Assembly (NCBI GenBank): GCA_041484665.1
Contig: JBGPIA010000008.1
Span: forward strand, 1-64,000
Length of the DNA stretch: 64,000 nucleotides
Source of the DNA: Candidatus Krumholzibacteriia bacterium
GTDB taxonomy: Bacteria > Krumholzibacteriota > Krumholzibacteriia > JAJRXK01
Direction: 5' to 3'
How positions within the stretch are numbered: position 1 is the stretch's first letter; each line of letters begins with the position of its first letter. Positions 26,983-37,039 of this stretch are shown here, one piece after another. A program made the translations under genes and the position numbers. The notes under the pieces are model-generated. The model did no database searches. It worked only from the letters and a program-made list of their open reading frames with translations, and was not told the DNA's origin.

Positions 26983-27912
26983 TCAGTCCCTCAGCTCGCG
27001 GCCGGTAAGCTTGAGGAACAGGTCCTCGAGGTTCGGTTCCTTGATGCTCACGTCGTCGAGCTGGAGGTCGCGCGCGTAGAGCGCCTCCAGCGTGCGGCTC
27101 ACGCCGGCGCCGTCGCGGCGCACCGAGAGCATCGCCCGGCCGGCCTGGACTTCGATGGGCACCAGCCCCGCGATCGTCTCGACCGCCGCCATCACCGTGG
27201 CCTCGCTGAAACCGCCCGAGAGCGTCAGCAGCGTGCCTTCGCCCAGGTGCGCCTTGAGCTCGGGAATCGTGCCCTGCACCAGCAGGCGTCCGTGGTCCAT
27301 GATCGCCAGGCGGTGACAGAGCTCCTCGGCCTCCTCCAGGTAATGCGTCGTATAGAGCACCGTGCGCCCGCGCTTCACGATGTCGCGCACGATGTCGAGG
27401 ATGTTCACGCGCGCCTGCGGGTCGATCCCGGTGGTCGGCTCATCCAGCAGCAGCAGCCGGGGATCGTGGATCATCCCCAGGGCGAGGTTGAGCCGCCGCT
27501 TCATGCCGCCGGAGAAGTTCTTCACCGGCTCCTTGGCCCGGTCGTCGAGTCCCACGAGCGCCAGCAGCTCGTCGATGCGGGAGCGCAGCGCCGGCCCGCG
27601 CATGCCGTAGATCCCGCCCCAGAAGTGCAGGTTCTCGCGGGCGGAGAGGTCCATGTAGATGGCCGTCTCCTGCGGGACCACCCCCAGGCGGCGCTTGACC
27701 TCGCGCGGGTTCTGGTCGAGCGGGATCCCGTCGACCTTGATCGTCCCGGCATCGGGCGCAAGCAGCCCGCAGATCATGGAGATGCATGTCGTCTTGCCGG
27801 CACCGTTGGGCCCCAGCAGGCCGTAGATCTCTCCTTCGCGCACGTCGAAGGAGATGCCGTCCACGGCCGTCAGCCCGCCGAATTTCTTGCGGAGATCACG
27901 TACCTCGAGCAA
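26983..27912 (-). CDS. ABC exporter ATP-binding subunit
   Basis: GPNGAGKTT, FSGGMKRR, LLLDEPT, TTHY motifs; TTG start. Confidence 0.95.
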   Translation of the reverse strand: MLEVRDLRKKFGGLTAVDGISFDVREGEIYGLLGPNGAGKTTCISMICGLLAPDAGTIKVDGIPLDQNPREVKRRLGVVPQETAIYMDLSARENLHFWGGIYGMRGPALRSRIDELLALVGLDDRAKEPVKNFSGGMKRRLNLALGMIHDPRLLLLDEPTTGIDPQARVNILDIVRDIVKRGRTVLYTTHYLEEAEELCHRLAIMDHGRLLVQGTIPELKAHLGEGTLLTLSGGFSEATVMAAVETIAGLVPIEVQAGRAMLSVRRDGAGVSRTLEALYARDLQLDDVSIKEPNLEDLFLKLTGRELRD

Positions 27913-28333
27913 AGGGACCTCGTGGGGTTAGGGGTGCCGCGACGTCGCGGGTGGCCAGCGGCCGGCAGCGACGCGAGGTGCCGTTTCGGGGGCAGCCGGC
28001 CAGTGACCGGAGGCCCGGTCTTGCGCGCTGCTTCTTGGAACCCATCGAACTCACCTGCGACTCCCGGAGCCTCGCCCACCTCCGCCGCCGCGTCCAGCCC
28101 CGGGTGACGGCCGGGCGAAGGGCCCGGTTGGGCGGTCCATCGAGCCGGCCGGGCGGGCGGACCCAGCGGTCGGGCGGGCCAGCAGGCCGGCGGACCCGGC
28201 AGTCGGGTGGGCCGGCGGGCGGTCGTGTGGACCGGCGGCCCGTCGTGTGGTGCTGGGGGCCATTTCCTCCTGCCAGAGCCACAGTCCCGCTGGCGCGCTG
28301 GAGTGGCCGGTCGAGGCAGCCTGCGCTCGAGCA

Positions 28334-28361
28334 AGGGGGGAGGCCCATCGGCCTCCCCCCT
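28334..28361 (-). terminator. Strong hairpin just downstream of tRNA-Arg
   Basis: AGGGGGGAGGCC-CATC-GGCCTCCCCCCT; U-tract is weak. Confidence 0.6.
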
Positions 28362-28366
28362 ACGTA

Positions 28367-28443
<77 letters not shown>

Positions 28444-29399
28444 ATGATTCAGGAATTCGCCTTCTTCCAATGTCTTGCTGAATTGACGAACTGGTCGAGC
28501 GCCTGGCGTTTCGTAGACGTGGTGGAAGCTGAGGTGCCGTTCTGCGGCACGGGAACCGCCTCGGGGCTCCGGGGCCGCCGACCGAGCGCGACCTGGCCCG
28601 AGTCGTCGACCATCCTTTCTGCGACGGGCTGCGGAGCCTATCAGATCAGGACGGAGTCGCCGATTGGTTGTTGCGGGGCAGCTCCAGTCCGGGCGAGTCG
28701 ACGTGCGCGTGTACCCGACCGGCCTCGCCTGCTTCAAGGGGCGCGGGACAAACGACCGCCGAGGCGCACGGTCCGGGCCCTCCCGTGGTGCGCGGGGACG
28801 GAAGGCGGTTCCGCGGGGCCCGGCCCCGCGCCCGGCACTCCCCCAACAGGCCACCCCTCGCGATCAACACACGAGCCCGACATCCCGCGCGCACCAGTCC
28901 CGCGTCTTGACCCAGGAGCGGCGAGGGGGCCTTCACGTCGAGGGATTGCGTCTGCACGCTCCCACGGCGGGTCCGATGGCCTGCAGGGGCGGCGGTACGC
29001 TGACTCGGCAGCCCCGCGGCCCGTTCCGCCCGAACAACCGTGCGCCCACGCGCCAGTAGCGGGTTTCTGCTCATCCGACGGCAGGCGCGCAGGTCCAGGG
29101 ACCCGCCGACCAGCCGAGATCACACCTTTTCGCTTGCGTCCTCCGTCACCGCCGGGCGTAGCGTCACAGCGACAGCGGACGGGGCACACCATTGAGAGCC
29201 AACTTCCGCCGCTGAGCGACATGCCAGGCCCTCCGACCTGCCTGGAAGGCATGACTCAGCGACGAGCCACTCCGGAACGCGCCCATGACCACACCGGGCG
29301 CCACAGCTTTGACAGACCCGCCTGCTGGAGGAGCGCGCCGCCGCACTGGTGTGCGTCCCCGCGCCGGTCGCCCATGCCAACCTGACGGAGGTTGCGGCA

Positions 29400-31808
29400 A
29401 TGCGCACGTCAATCTGCCTCCTTCCCGTCCTCTGGCTTCTCCTCGCCCGACCGGTCAATGCCGGCACGTACGTTGTCCGGCCAGACGGAACTGGTGACTA
29501 CCCCACGATCCAGGAGGCCATCACTGCTGCCGTCGGCGGGGACACGATCCTCCTCATGGATGGTACCTTCAGCGGCCCTGGGAACCGCGACATCAACTAC
29601 CTCGGAAAGGCCATCGCAGTGCGATCCCAGAGCGACAACCCCGCCGCCTGCGTCATCGACTGCGAACACGCCGGCCGCGGCTTCGAGTTTCGGTCCGACG
29701 AAGACCCGAACTCCATTATACAGGGCGTGACCATCACAAACGGCGAGGCCCACTACCCCATTAACGACGTGGGTGGAGGCGTCTTGTGCCTGAGTGGTTC
29801 ACCGACGATCACCAACTGCTCGTTCCTCAACAACACCGCCACCAACTCTGGTGGCGGAATCTACGCCTGGAACGGGCCCCAGGCGCCAACGCTTACCCTG
29901 GCGTCCTGCACGTTTCGCGGCAACGTTGCCAACGATCTGTACATCGAAGGCGGCAGAGCGAGCGCCACCGACTGCGCCTTTTCCGCCAACGTTCGCTCCT
30001 TCCACTTCCTTGAGCTCACGCGGTGCCGCTTCTCCGATCGCGCGTCGTTGATCATCGGAGGCGGTACCCTCAGCCAGTGCTGGTTCGCCGGTGGAGGCAT
30101 CAGCGAGGGCTCGGGCTACGCAAACCCAACCCTGAGCGTGGACAAATGCACATTCGTAGGTACTGGCCATGAACCTGAACTGTGGGCCGTACGATTCCAC
30201 GGGCCCCTGTCGGTCAGCAACTCCACCATCTCGAATTACGTCATCGGAGTCCTCTTCATCGACTATCCCGATCCACCCCTCGTGTGCTGCGCCCAGCTCT
30301 CTGTGGCGAACACCATCATCGCCTTCGGTGGCTATTCACTGGTCTACTTCCCGACCACTGATGCTCTCCTCCAGGTCCGCTGCTGTGACTTCTTTGGAAA
30401 CCTCGCTGGAGACTGGGTCGGGGTCATTGCAAACCAGAACGGCATCAATGGCAACTTCTCGGCCGACCCGTTGTTCTGTGATCGGGGAAACGGCGACTTG
30501 AGGCTGGCTGGCAACTCTCTCTGTTTGCCCGGAGCCCACGGTGGTGTCGCCTGCGGCCTGGTCGGTGCCCTCGGGGAGGGGTGTCCGGGCCCTCAACCGC
30601 GCTTCGATGTTGCCTGGGGCACGTCCTGGGACCAAGTGTCGCTCCAGCAAGTGCTCGACGCCGAGTACGGGCAAGGCGTGATCCATGCGGCAACGGACTA
30701 CGAGGGCTACGGCCAGAGTGACGCCGACCCACCTTATTGGGAGGACCAGGGGATTGCTGGTGTCATCCTGCGGGAGATCGGGAGCTTCGCGACCAGCAGT
30801 ACCTTCGGATGGTACAAGGAGACCGCTGCGTTCCCCGTCATCGACGGGGTCGACGACGGGATGATCTTCGACGGCTGGATGGGGCCGGGGGCGACGGTGA
30901 TCGCGACGTTTCCCAGCGGCACGCAGCGGTTTGGGTTCTACCTGAACCCGAACGGCTCGGACAACGCGCCCAATGCGCCGGAGCCCGAGGTGTTTTTCAC
31001 GAACCGTCTTTTCAACGACGTCGGCCCGGATGGGAGCGGGCCGCTCCATGATCCTCCAGGGGGGGACCCCCAGTGCCTGGTGTACAACATCACGGCCCTG
31101 CGCGGTGGCGTGAAGACCTACGTGCTGGCGTGGGAGGAGTGCGACAGCGGCGGTCCGATCACTCCAGGCTTCTCACCGACGGGCACGGACAACGACTTCA
31201 ACGACATGGTGATCGAGATGTCGGCGATGTCTCCTGTACCGGGCGTCTCGGCGGTGCTTCAGGCGCTGGGACAGGCCGATGGGATTCTCTTGAGCTGGGA
31301 GGTGCGTCACGCCGAGCGTCTCGAGTCGTTGACGCTGCTGCGGGGCGAGGGGCAGGGCCCCGTGCGAACCGTGATGACTTGGGGCCGGGGTACTGCTGCG
31401 GCCACCGGTTCCTGGATCGACCACGAGGCAACCTCGGCGCGGCCCTATCGGTATCAACTGCTGGTTGGAATCGGTGGTGGGGCAGTGGTGTCCAACGAGG
31501 CGGAGGCTGGACCTGCGGTGCAGCGCCCAGCGCAGACGCGCCTGCTGGCGGCCGTGCCCAACCCGTTCAATCCGAGCACGCGCATCCACTTTGCCTTGGC
31601 CAAGCAGACCACCGCGAGCGTCGAGATCTACGACGTCGCAGGTCGGCGCGTCCGCAGCCTCGACTTGGGGGTACGGCCCGCTGCTGAAGGGGACGTCGAG
31701 TGGGACGGCCGGGACGATCGAGGTCGGGGCGTGGCCAGCGGCAGCTACTTGGTGCGCCTCGTCGCGGGCGGCGTGAAGGACGAGCGGAAGGTGACCCTTA
31801 TCAGGTGA
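29400..31808 (+). CDS. Secreted protein: pectin-lyase-like beta-helix, DUF4114-like domain, C-terminal FlgD Ig-like domain
   Basis: GGAGG RBS; GDYPTIQEAI, GGGV/GGGI..F.NN repeats, GNFSADPLFC, DNDFNDMV, PNPFNP...WDGRDDRG..VASGSY. Confidence 0.85.
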   Translation: MRTSICLLPVLWLLLARPVNAGTYVVRPDGTGDYPTIQEAITAAVGGDTILLMDGTFSGPGNRDINYLGKAIAVRSQSDNPAACVIDCEHAGRGFEFRSDEDPNSIIQGVTITNGEAHYPINDVGGGVLCLSGSPTITNCSFLNNTATNSGGGIYAWNGPQAPTLTLASCTFRGNVANDLYIEGGRASATDCAFSANVRSFHFLELTRCRFSDRASLIIGGGTLSQCWFAGGGISEGSGYANPTLSVDKCTFVGTGHEPELWAVRFHGPLSVSNSTISNYVIGVLFIDYPDPPLVCCAQLSVANTIIAFGGYSLVYFPTTDALLQVRCCDFFGNLAGDWVGVIANQNGINGNFSADPLFCDRGNGDLRLAGNSLCLPGAHGGVACGLVGALGEGCPGPQPRFDVAWGTSWDQVSLQQVLDAEYGQGVIHAATDYEGYGQSDADPPYWEDQGIAGVILREIGSFATSSTFGWYKETAAFPVIDGVDDGMIFDGWMGPGATVIATFPSGTQRFGFYLNPNGSDNAPNAPEPEVFFTNRLFNDVGPDGSGPLHDPPGGDPQCLVYNITALRGGVKTYVLAWEECDSGGPITPGFSPTGTDNDFNDMVIEMSAMSPVPGVSAVLQALGQADGILLSWEVRHAERLESLTLLRGEGQGPVRTVMTWGRGTAAATGSWIDHEATSARPYRYQLLVGIGGGAVVSNEAEAGPAVQRPAQTRLLAAVPNPFNPSTRIHFALAKQTTASVEIYDVAGRRVRSLDLGVRPAAEGDVEWDGRDDRGRGVASGSYLVRLVAGGVKDERKVTLIR

Positions 31809-31926
31809 CGGGAGGCGGAGAAGTACGCTTGCCCGCGGGAGACCCTGGCCAGCGGGTGACCCTTGCCCGCAGGGCACAGGTCGGGCAAAGCGTGAGGGAG
31901 AGGCCGGGCACAGAAGGAGTAACCCC

Positions 31927-32538
31927 ATGAACAAGCCATCGGCTCTCGTTATCCTGACGACCGCCATGCTGCTGGTCGGCACGGCTGCAGTTGCGGGCGC
32001 GCCTCAGCCGGGCGACCTGGGTGTCTTCTTCGATGCGGCCGGCACGACGACGTCGATCGAAGGCGTCGTTGCGTTCGCGTCAGTCAACTTCTACGTCATT
32101 GCGTTCGAGGTCCCTGGGGGGCTCAGGGAGTACGAGTTCTCCGTGGATTTGCCACCCGGCGTGATCGTCCTCGCCGGCCGCATTCTTCCCGGCCCCGGCT
32201 GCGTTGACGTCGACACTGGAGACGACAACTACATCATTGTCTGCGACGATTGCCTCACAGCGCCGGCGCAGTCCCTGGTGACCTACCAACAGGCAGTGTT
32301 CCTCGCAGCGCCGCCGCCCGACTCCCAGATCTGCCTGGGGCCGGCAACCCCGTCCAGCGGCCCGGCGATGGGTTGGCCGCCGGCACCGATCTACGACACG
32401 TGCCGTTTCGCTGGGGACTTGCACCTGTTCGGGTCGGCCTACCGTGGTTGCGCCGTGATCAATCCGGCTGTGCTCACACCACCGATTCCCGACGCACTCG
32501 CCGGCTGGGGCGCACTGAAGGCGACTTACGGAAACTGA
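31927..32538 (+). CDS. Secreted Cys-containing protein with C-terminal IPDALAGWGALKATY motif
   Basis: AAGGAG RBS, signal peptide, LGVFFDAAG. Confidence 0.8.
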   Translation: MNKPSALVILTTAMLLVGTAAVAGAPQPGDLGVFFDAAGTTTSIEGVVAFASVNFYVIAFEVPGGLREYEFSVDLPPGVIVLAGRILPGPGCVDVDTGDDNYIIVCDDCLTAPAQSLVTYQQAVFLAAPPPDSQICLGPATPSSGPAMGWPPAPIYDTCRFAGDLHLFGSAYRGCAVINPAVLTPPIPDALAGWGALKATYGN

Positions 32539-32752
32539 GCCCTCCCTGCAGTGAGGGCAGCGCAGCACGCGCGGGGCCGGGGAGGGCTCCTCACGGACGC
32601 GCGTAGCAGCGCGCATGGGAGCGCGCACAGCAAGGGGCGCTTAGAGCTTCAACCCGGACCGGTGGGCTCATCCGCTGGAGCAGTTGGCCTCGTTTCCCGG
32701 ACCCAGCGCGCGCGTCGACCGCATCCGGCAGGCCGCCGCCCACCCGGCCGCG

Positions 32753-35590
32753 TCACTTCCGCTCCCGGAACTCCTCGAACCAGTTCTGCACGACGATGAT
32801 GCTGGCCCGGCGGTCCACGCTCCCGGCCGGGCGGTAGAAGACGAAACGCTGGCCGTCGCGCGTGACATCGAACCCCGACGGCCATCCGGCGGGCGTGCTG
32901 CGGCCGATGTCCGGCCGCGTGAAGAGCTTGACCGCTTTCCCGAACTGGGGCGACGCGCCGAGCTGGACTTCGATCTCGAAGAGATCCACACCGTTGGCGT
33001 AGCACAGCCGGTCCCCGCGGGCGTTCCATCGCGGGTAGGTTCCCCCACCGGCTGACACCTGCCAGCGTCCCTCGCCGCTCGGAAAGCGCTTCAGGTAGAT
33101 CTCGTCGTGTCCCGACTCGCTCGACGTGTACGCCACGTAGCGGCCGTCGGGCGAGACGCGCGGGTCCGACTGGATGCTCGGACCAGTCACCAGCGGTCGC
33201 TCAGAGCGGTCCTGAAGGGAGAAGCAGGCCAGGTCCCAGTCGTCGTCTGCCTTGACGCGCGCGTAGACCACCGATCGGCCGTCCGGCGTGAACGACGGGG
33301 TCAGCCCCACGCCGAGCGTGTCGGGGACGCCCGTGCCATCCACCGACATGACGATCACCCGGTGGCACTTCACCTGTTGGCACTGTTTGGCGACGAACTG
33401 GAAGACGATGCGATCGCCGGCCGGCGAGAACGACGGCCAGATGCCGATCCCATCAAGGAAGGTGAGGCGCGTGCGGGTGCCGCGCTTCGTGTCGAAGATC
33501 CACAGGTCCGCCCCCTCCATGTCCCCGACGGTCACCGCGACGAGGTTTCCATCCGGAGAGGCTGCCATCCAGTCGAACCTGGCGGGGTTGTTGATCTCCC
33601 CCAGGTCTGCTCCCTGGCTGCCGCTGCGGTCCGACCAGACGACATGGATGTGGTCGGTAGCTGCGCCGTGGAGGTACGCGAGCGTCCCATCGCTGGCAAC
33701 GCTGGGCTGCGACCCGCCGGGCGCCACCAAGAAGGGCTCCCCGGTTACCTCTGCGCGTGTGAGTGAGTACGGAACGGCCCAGATGCCGGAGTTGGTCGGC
33801 GAACGCTGAAACAGGATGTGCCCCGTGGGAGAGTAGACAGGCGTTGCCAGTCGCTGGTCCTCCATCGACAACAGCACCTTGCGATGGTTCGCGGACCAGG
33901 CGACCAGGCTCTGGAACGGCTTATGGATCGAGTGGGGAACGAAGACCACGGTGGCTCCGCCGGGCAGGGCGACGGGCTCGTGGAGGTCGGATTCGAGCGT
34001 GCTGTCGACAGGGACGATGGTGTGAGCGTCTCCCCCGCGCGCCGATACGGCCAGGATGCCGTCGTGCTCGCCTCGCGAGGCGATGATCGTCCCATCCTCC
34101 CGCCAGCTTCCGCCACTTCCGCCCGTGAATCCGGCCCCGCGAACGTCGCAGATGATCTGCGCGGCTCCGGTGCCGATGTCGAGCTTGGTGATCTTCGTGC
34201 CGGCGATGTAGGCGACGGACCGGTTGTCCGGCGACCAGAACAGGTCGATCACGCCGGGATCCGCGGCATACTCGCGCGGCTCGAGCGCGTTGAGCTCCTG
34301 GATGGCGATGCGACCGCCTCGCACGTACGCCACGGCGCGGCCGTCGGGCGAGAGCGTCGGAAGGATGGGGGCGTCCTCCGCATCTCCCCGGACGGGAACC
34401 GCCAGCTTCCGTACGGCGGTGGTGCCGCGAGCCGCGGGCGACTGCGTCCGCGTAGCCGCGAAGGTCAGCAACGCGCCGAGCGCAAGCCCTGCGGCCGCCA
34501 CCAGCAGGATGGCGCGCTTGCTGCGCGGCGCGGCCTGATCGCGGCCCGCGAATCCGCCGCCCGCCAGTCCAAATCCCACGCCACCTGCCAGTCCAGCGCC
34601 CACGCCGCCCGCCAGTCCAGCGCCTGCGCCGCCGGCGCCACCCAGCACGCCGCCCATCGCGCTGCCCGTCCCACCGACGGGCGGGGCGACTTCGCCGATC
34701 GCCAGTGCCGCGGACAGATACGGGTCTGGCGTGCCCGCGAGCAACTCGTCCAGCGCAATGCGCGCCTCGCCGATGTCGCGCAGGCGCAATGGAGCGTCCT
34801 TCGTGAGGCAGCGGCGCAGCAGCTCGCGGACGCGGGTGGGTGCATCCCGAGGCAGGCTGGTCAGGTCAGGAGCATCCCGCAACACCGACGCGACCACCTC
34901 GGACATCGTGTCCCCACCGTGGAGCTGCCGGCCTGTGAGCGCCTCCCACAACACGCAACCGAACGCCCAGATGTCCACGCGCCGGTCGGCCGGTCGACCC
35001 TTGGCCTGCTCCGGCGACATGTAGGCCGCGGTGCCCAGGACGATGCCGGCCTGCGTTGCGGCCAGGCTCAACGTGGGCGAGTTCGCGAGCTGGGCCGCCG
35101 GCCCGTCGCCCTCGAGCGCTTTGGCCAGTCCGAAATCGAGCACTTTCACGGCGTCGTCGGGACGCAGCTTCACGTTCGCGGGCTTCAGATCGCGGTGGAC
35201 GATTCCGCGCTCGTGCGCGTACTCAAGCGCCTCGGCGATCTGCTTGCAGATGCGCAGCGACTCGATCAGCGGAATTGGCCCCTGGGCGAGGCGCTGGGCG
35301 AGCGTCACGCCCTCCACCAGCTCCATCACCAGTATCCGCGTGGAGCCCGATTGCTCGAAGCCGTAGATGGCGGCGATGTTCGGGTGGTTGAGGGCGGCCA
35401 GCAAACGCGCCTCGCGCTCGAATCGCGCCAGGCGGTCGGGATCTTGCGCGAGCCGATCGGGCAGGACCTTGAGCGCTACCTCGCGCCCGAGCGTGCTATC
35501 GAGTGCGCGCCAGACTACGCCCATCCCGCCTTCGCCGAGCACGTCGACCAGGCGGTAGTGCGACAATGTGTCGCCGCGTCCGAGGGGCAA
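32753..35590 (-). CDS. Hanks-type Ser/Thr protein kinase with TM segment and PD40/TolB-like beta-propeller
   Basis: GEGGMGVV, VALK, HRDLKPAN, DFG, YMSPEQ; repeated SPDG motifs. Confidence 0.95.
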   Translation of the reverse strand: MPLGRGDTLSHYRLVDVLGEGGMGVVWRALDSTLGREVALKVLPDRLAQDPDRLARFEREARLLAALNHPNIAAIYGFEQSGSTRILVMELVEGVTLAQRLAQGPIPLIESLRICKQIAEALEYAHERGIVHRDLKPANVKLRPDDAVKVLDFGLAKALEGDGPAAQLANSPTLSLAATQAGIVLGTAAYMSPEQAKGRPADRRVDIWAFGCVLWEALTGRQLHGGDTMSEVVASVLRDAPDLTSLPRDAPTRVRELLRRCLTKDAPLRLRDIGEARIALDELLAGTPDPYLSAALAIGEVAPPVGGTGSAMGGVLGGAGGAGAGLAGGVGAGLAGGVGFGLAGGGFAGRDQAAPRSKRAILLVAAAGLALGALLTFAATRTQSPAARGTTAVRKLAVPVRGDAEDAPILPTLSPDGRAVAYVRGGRIAIQELNALEPREYAADPGVIDLFWSPDNRSVAYIAGTKITKLDIGTGAAQIICDVRGAGFTGGSGGSWREDGTIIASRGEHDGILAVSARGGDAHTIVPVDSTLESDLHEPVALPGGATVVFVPHSIHKPFQSLVAWSANHRKVLLSMEDQRLATPVYSPTGHILFQRSPTNSGIWAVPYSLTRAEVTGEPFLVAPGGSQPSVASDGTLAYLHGAATDHIHVVWSDRSGSQGADLGEINNPARFDWMAASPDGNLVAVTVGDMEGADLWIFDTKRGTRTRLTFLDGIGIWPSFSPAGDRIVFQFVAKQCQQVKCHRVIVMSVDGTGVPDTLGVGLTPSFTPDGRSVVYARVKADDDWDLACFSLQDRSERPLVTGPSIQSDPRVSPDGRYVAYTSSESGHDEIYLKRFPSGEGRWQVSAGGGTYPRWNARGDRLCYANGVDLFEIEVQLGASPQFGKAVKLFTRPDIGRSTPAGWPSGFDVTRDGQRFVFYRPAGSVDRRASIIVVQNWFEEFRERK

Positions 35591-35623
35591 GTCGGGCTCC
35601 GGTGCGAGGCGGTCAGGAGAGGT

Positions 35624-35698
35624 TGGTCGGGGCGACTGGATTCGAACCAGCGACCGTCGGCTCCCAAAGCCGATGCGCTACCACTGCGCTACGCCCCG
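35624..35698 (-). tRNA. tRNA-Pro (TGG)
   Basis: CGGGGCG stem, anticodon arm TCGGC-TT-TGG-GA-GCCGA, GGTTCGAATCC, CCA. Confidence 0.97.
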
Positions 35699-35858
35699 AC
35701 CCGATGTCTCGCGCCACCGCGCGGCCAGCTGTGGGCGCTCTCGGCGCTGAGCAGGGAGCCGATGCCCCTGGACGGCGTCCAAGCCACGCTCTCCGGCGGC
35801 GATGTGGCCACAGTGTACATCCAGGCTCGCCATAAGCCCAACGGGCAGGTCACTTCGA

Positions 35859-35994
35859 TTCGCTACTTCGCCACTTCGCCACTTCGCCAAGTCGCCAGTT
35901 CCCTAGTTCGCTAGTTCGCTCATTCGCTACCTTGCTAATCCGCTCCCCTGCTCGTCCACTCCCTTGCTAATCCGCTACCTTGCCACTTCACGAC
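35859..35994. repeat. Degenerate 8-bp tandem array (TTCGCYAC-like), about 17 units
   Basis: In-register units TTCGCTAC, TTCGCCAC, TTCGCCAC, TTCGCCAA ... CTTGCTAA, TCCGCTAC, CTTGCCAC. Confidence 0.85.
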
Positions 35995-36064
35995 ATCACT
36001 CGTCCGCAGCATTCAGCCGGTGTCCGACCGGACCCGGCGATTGCGGCGCCCACGCAACAGCTCA

Positions 36065-36832
36065 TCAGGGATCGAAGGGGGTGCGGCCGCCGGTCAGGTA
36101 GCGCTGCAGCAGCTCCCACGCCCCGCGCACCGCCATGGCCCGGTGGCTCAGCTCGTTCTTCTCGGTCACGGTCATTTCGGCCAATGTGCGGCCCCGCTCC
36201 GGCACCAGGAAAATCGGGTCGTACCCGAATCCGCCGTGGCCACGCGCCTCGAGCAGGATCTCGCCCGCAACCGCTCCGCGCGCCAGCAGCTCGAACGGGC
36301 GCCCACCCCGCGCGCGCGAGGGGCAGGTCGCCCCGGCCGACGAGGTGTCCGGCCGAGGATCCGGGGTCTCCACCGTCGGCGGCACGGCCACGGTCGCCGG
36401 TGCCGGCCGCGGGCCCACGGTCGGCATCACCGGCCGCGGGTCCACGATCGCGACAACCGTCTCGAACCGCGCCCGGCGCTGTTCGGGGCGCAACGCCCCG
36501 ATGGCCGCAAGCTCCCTGAGGAGCTTATGGCAGTTGTCCTCGTACGTGGCGCCCTCGCCAGCGTAGCGGCTGCTGTAGACGCCCGGCGCGCGGGCCAGCG
36601 CATCGACCAGCAGCCCTGTATCGTCAGCCAGCGACATCTCGCCCGTGAAGGCTGCCGTCTCGCGAGCCTTCTTCAGCGCGTTCGCCTCGAGCGTCTCCCC
36701 GTCCTCGACGACGTCGGGCATCCCCACGAACTCGTCGGCCTGCTTGATCGTCAGCGGCAGGCCGGTCAATAACTCGCACAACTCCTGTATTTTATTCCGG
36801 TTGCGGGTGGCGAGGACGAGCACGTGGCGCAT
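36065..36832 (-). CDS. rdgB: dITP/XTP pyrophosphatase (RdgB/HAM1) with a Pro-rich insertion
   Basis: LATRNRNK, NALKKA, ADDTGL, PGVYSSRY, GFGYDPIF, KNELSHR. Alternative start at 36856. Confidence 0.95.
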   Translation of the reverse strand: MRHVLVLATRNRNKIQELCELLTGLPLTIKQADEFVGMPDVVEDGETLEANALKKARETAAFTGEMSLADDTGLLVDALARAPGVYSSRYAGEGATYEDNCHKLLRELAAIGALRPEQRRARFETVVAIVDPRPVMPTVGPRPAPATVAVPPTVETPDPRPDTSSAGATCPSRARGGRPFELLARGAVAGEILLEARGHGGFGYDPIFLVPERGRTLAEMTVTEKNELSHRAMAVRGAWELLQRYLTGGRTPFDP

Positions 36833-36857
36833 GGGCACTTGACGGTTCGTCAGCATC

Positions 36858-36887
36858 TTGACAGTTTACCCGGGTAAACTTTACGCT
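36858..36887 (+). promoter_or_regulatory. Promoter-like TTGACA-N18-TACGCT enclosing perfect palindrome AGTTTACCCGGGTAAACT
   Basis: Palindrome at 36863-36880 is directly visible; promoter function is inferred. Confidence 0.45.
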
Positions 36888-36954
36888 TTCTGTTCGCGTG
36901 CTTGCGCCGCTTGTCGGCGCGACCGCGCGCCAGCGGGTGCGTCCGCGACCCGTC

Positions 36955-36975
36955 CGTAATCACATTGTGCTCACG
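36955..36975. repeat. Third copy of the 21-bp CGTGAGCACAATGTG palindrome family
   Basis: Reverse complement CGTGAGCACAATGTGATTACG differs at one base from 24204-24224. Confidence 0.8.
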
Positions 36976-37039
36976 GGCCCGCCGGAGACATCACTGCATC
37001 CCGGGGTCCCTGCGCATCCTGGGGGTCCCTGCGCCCCGC

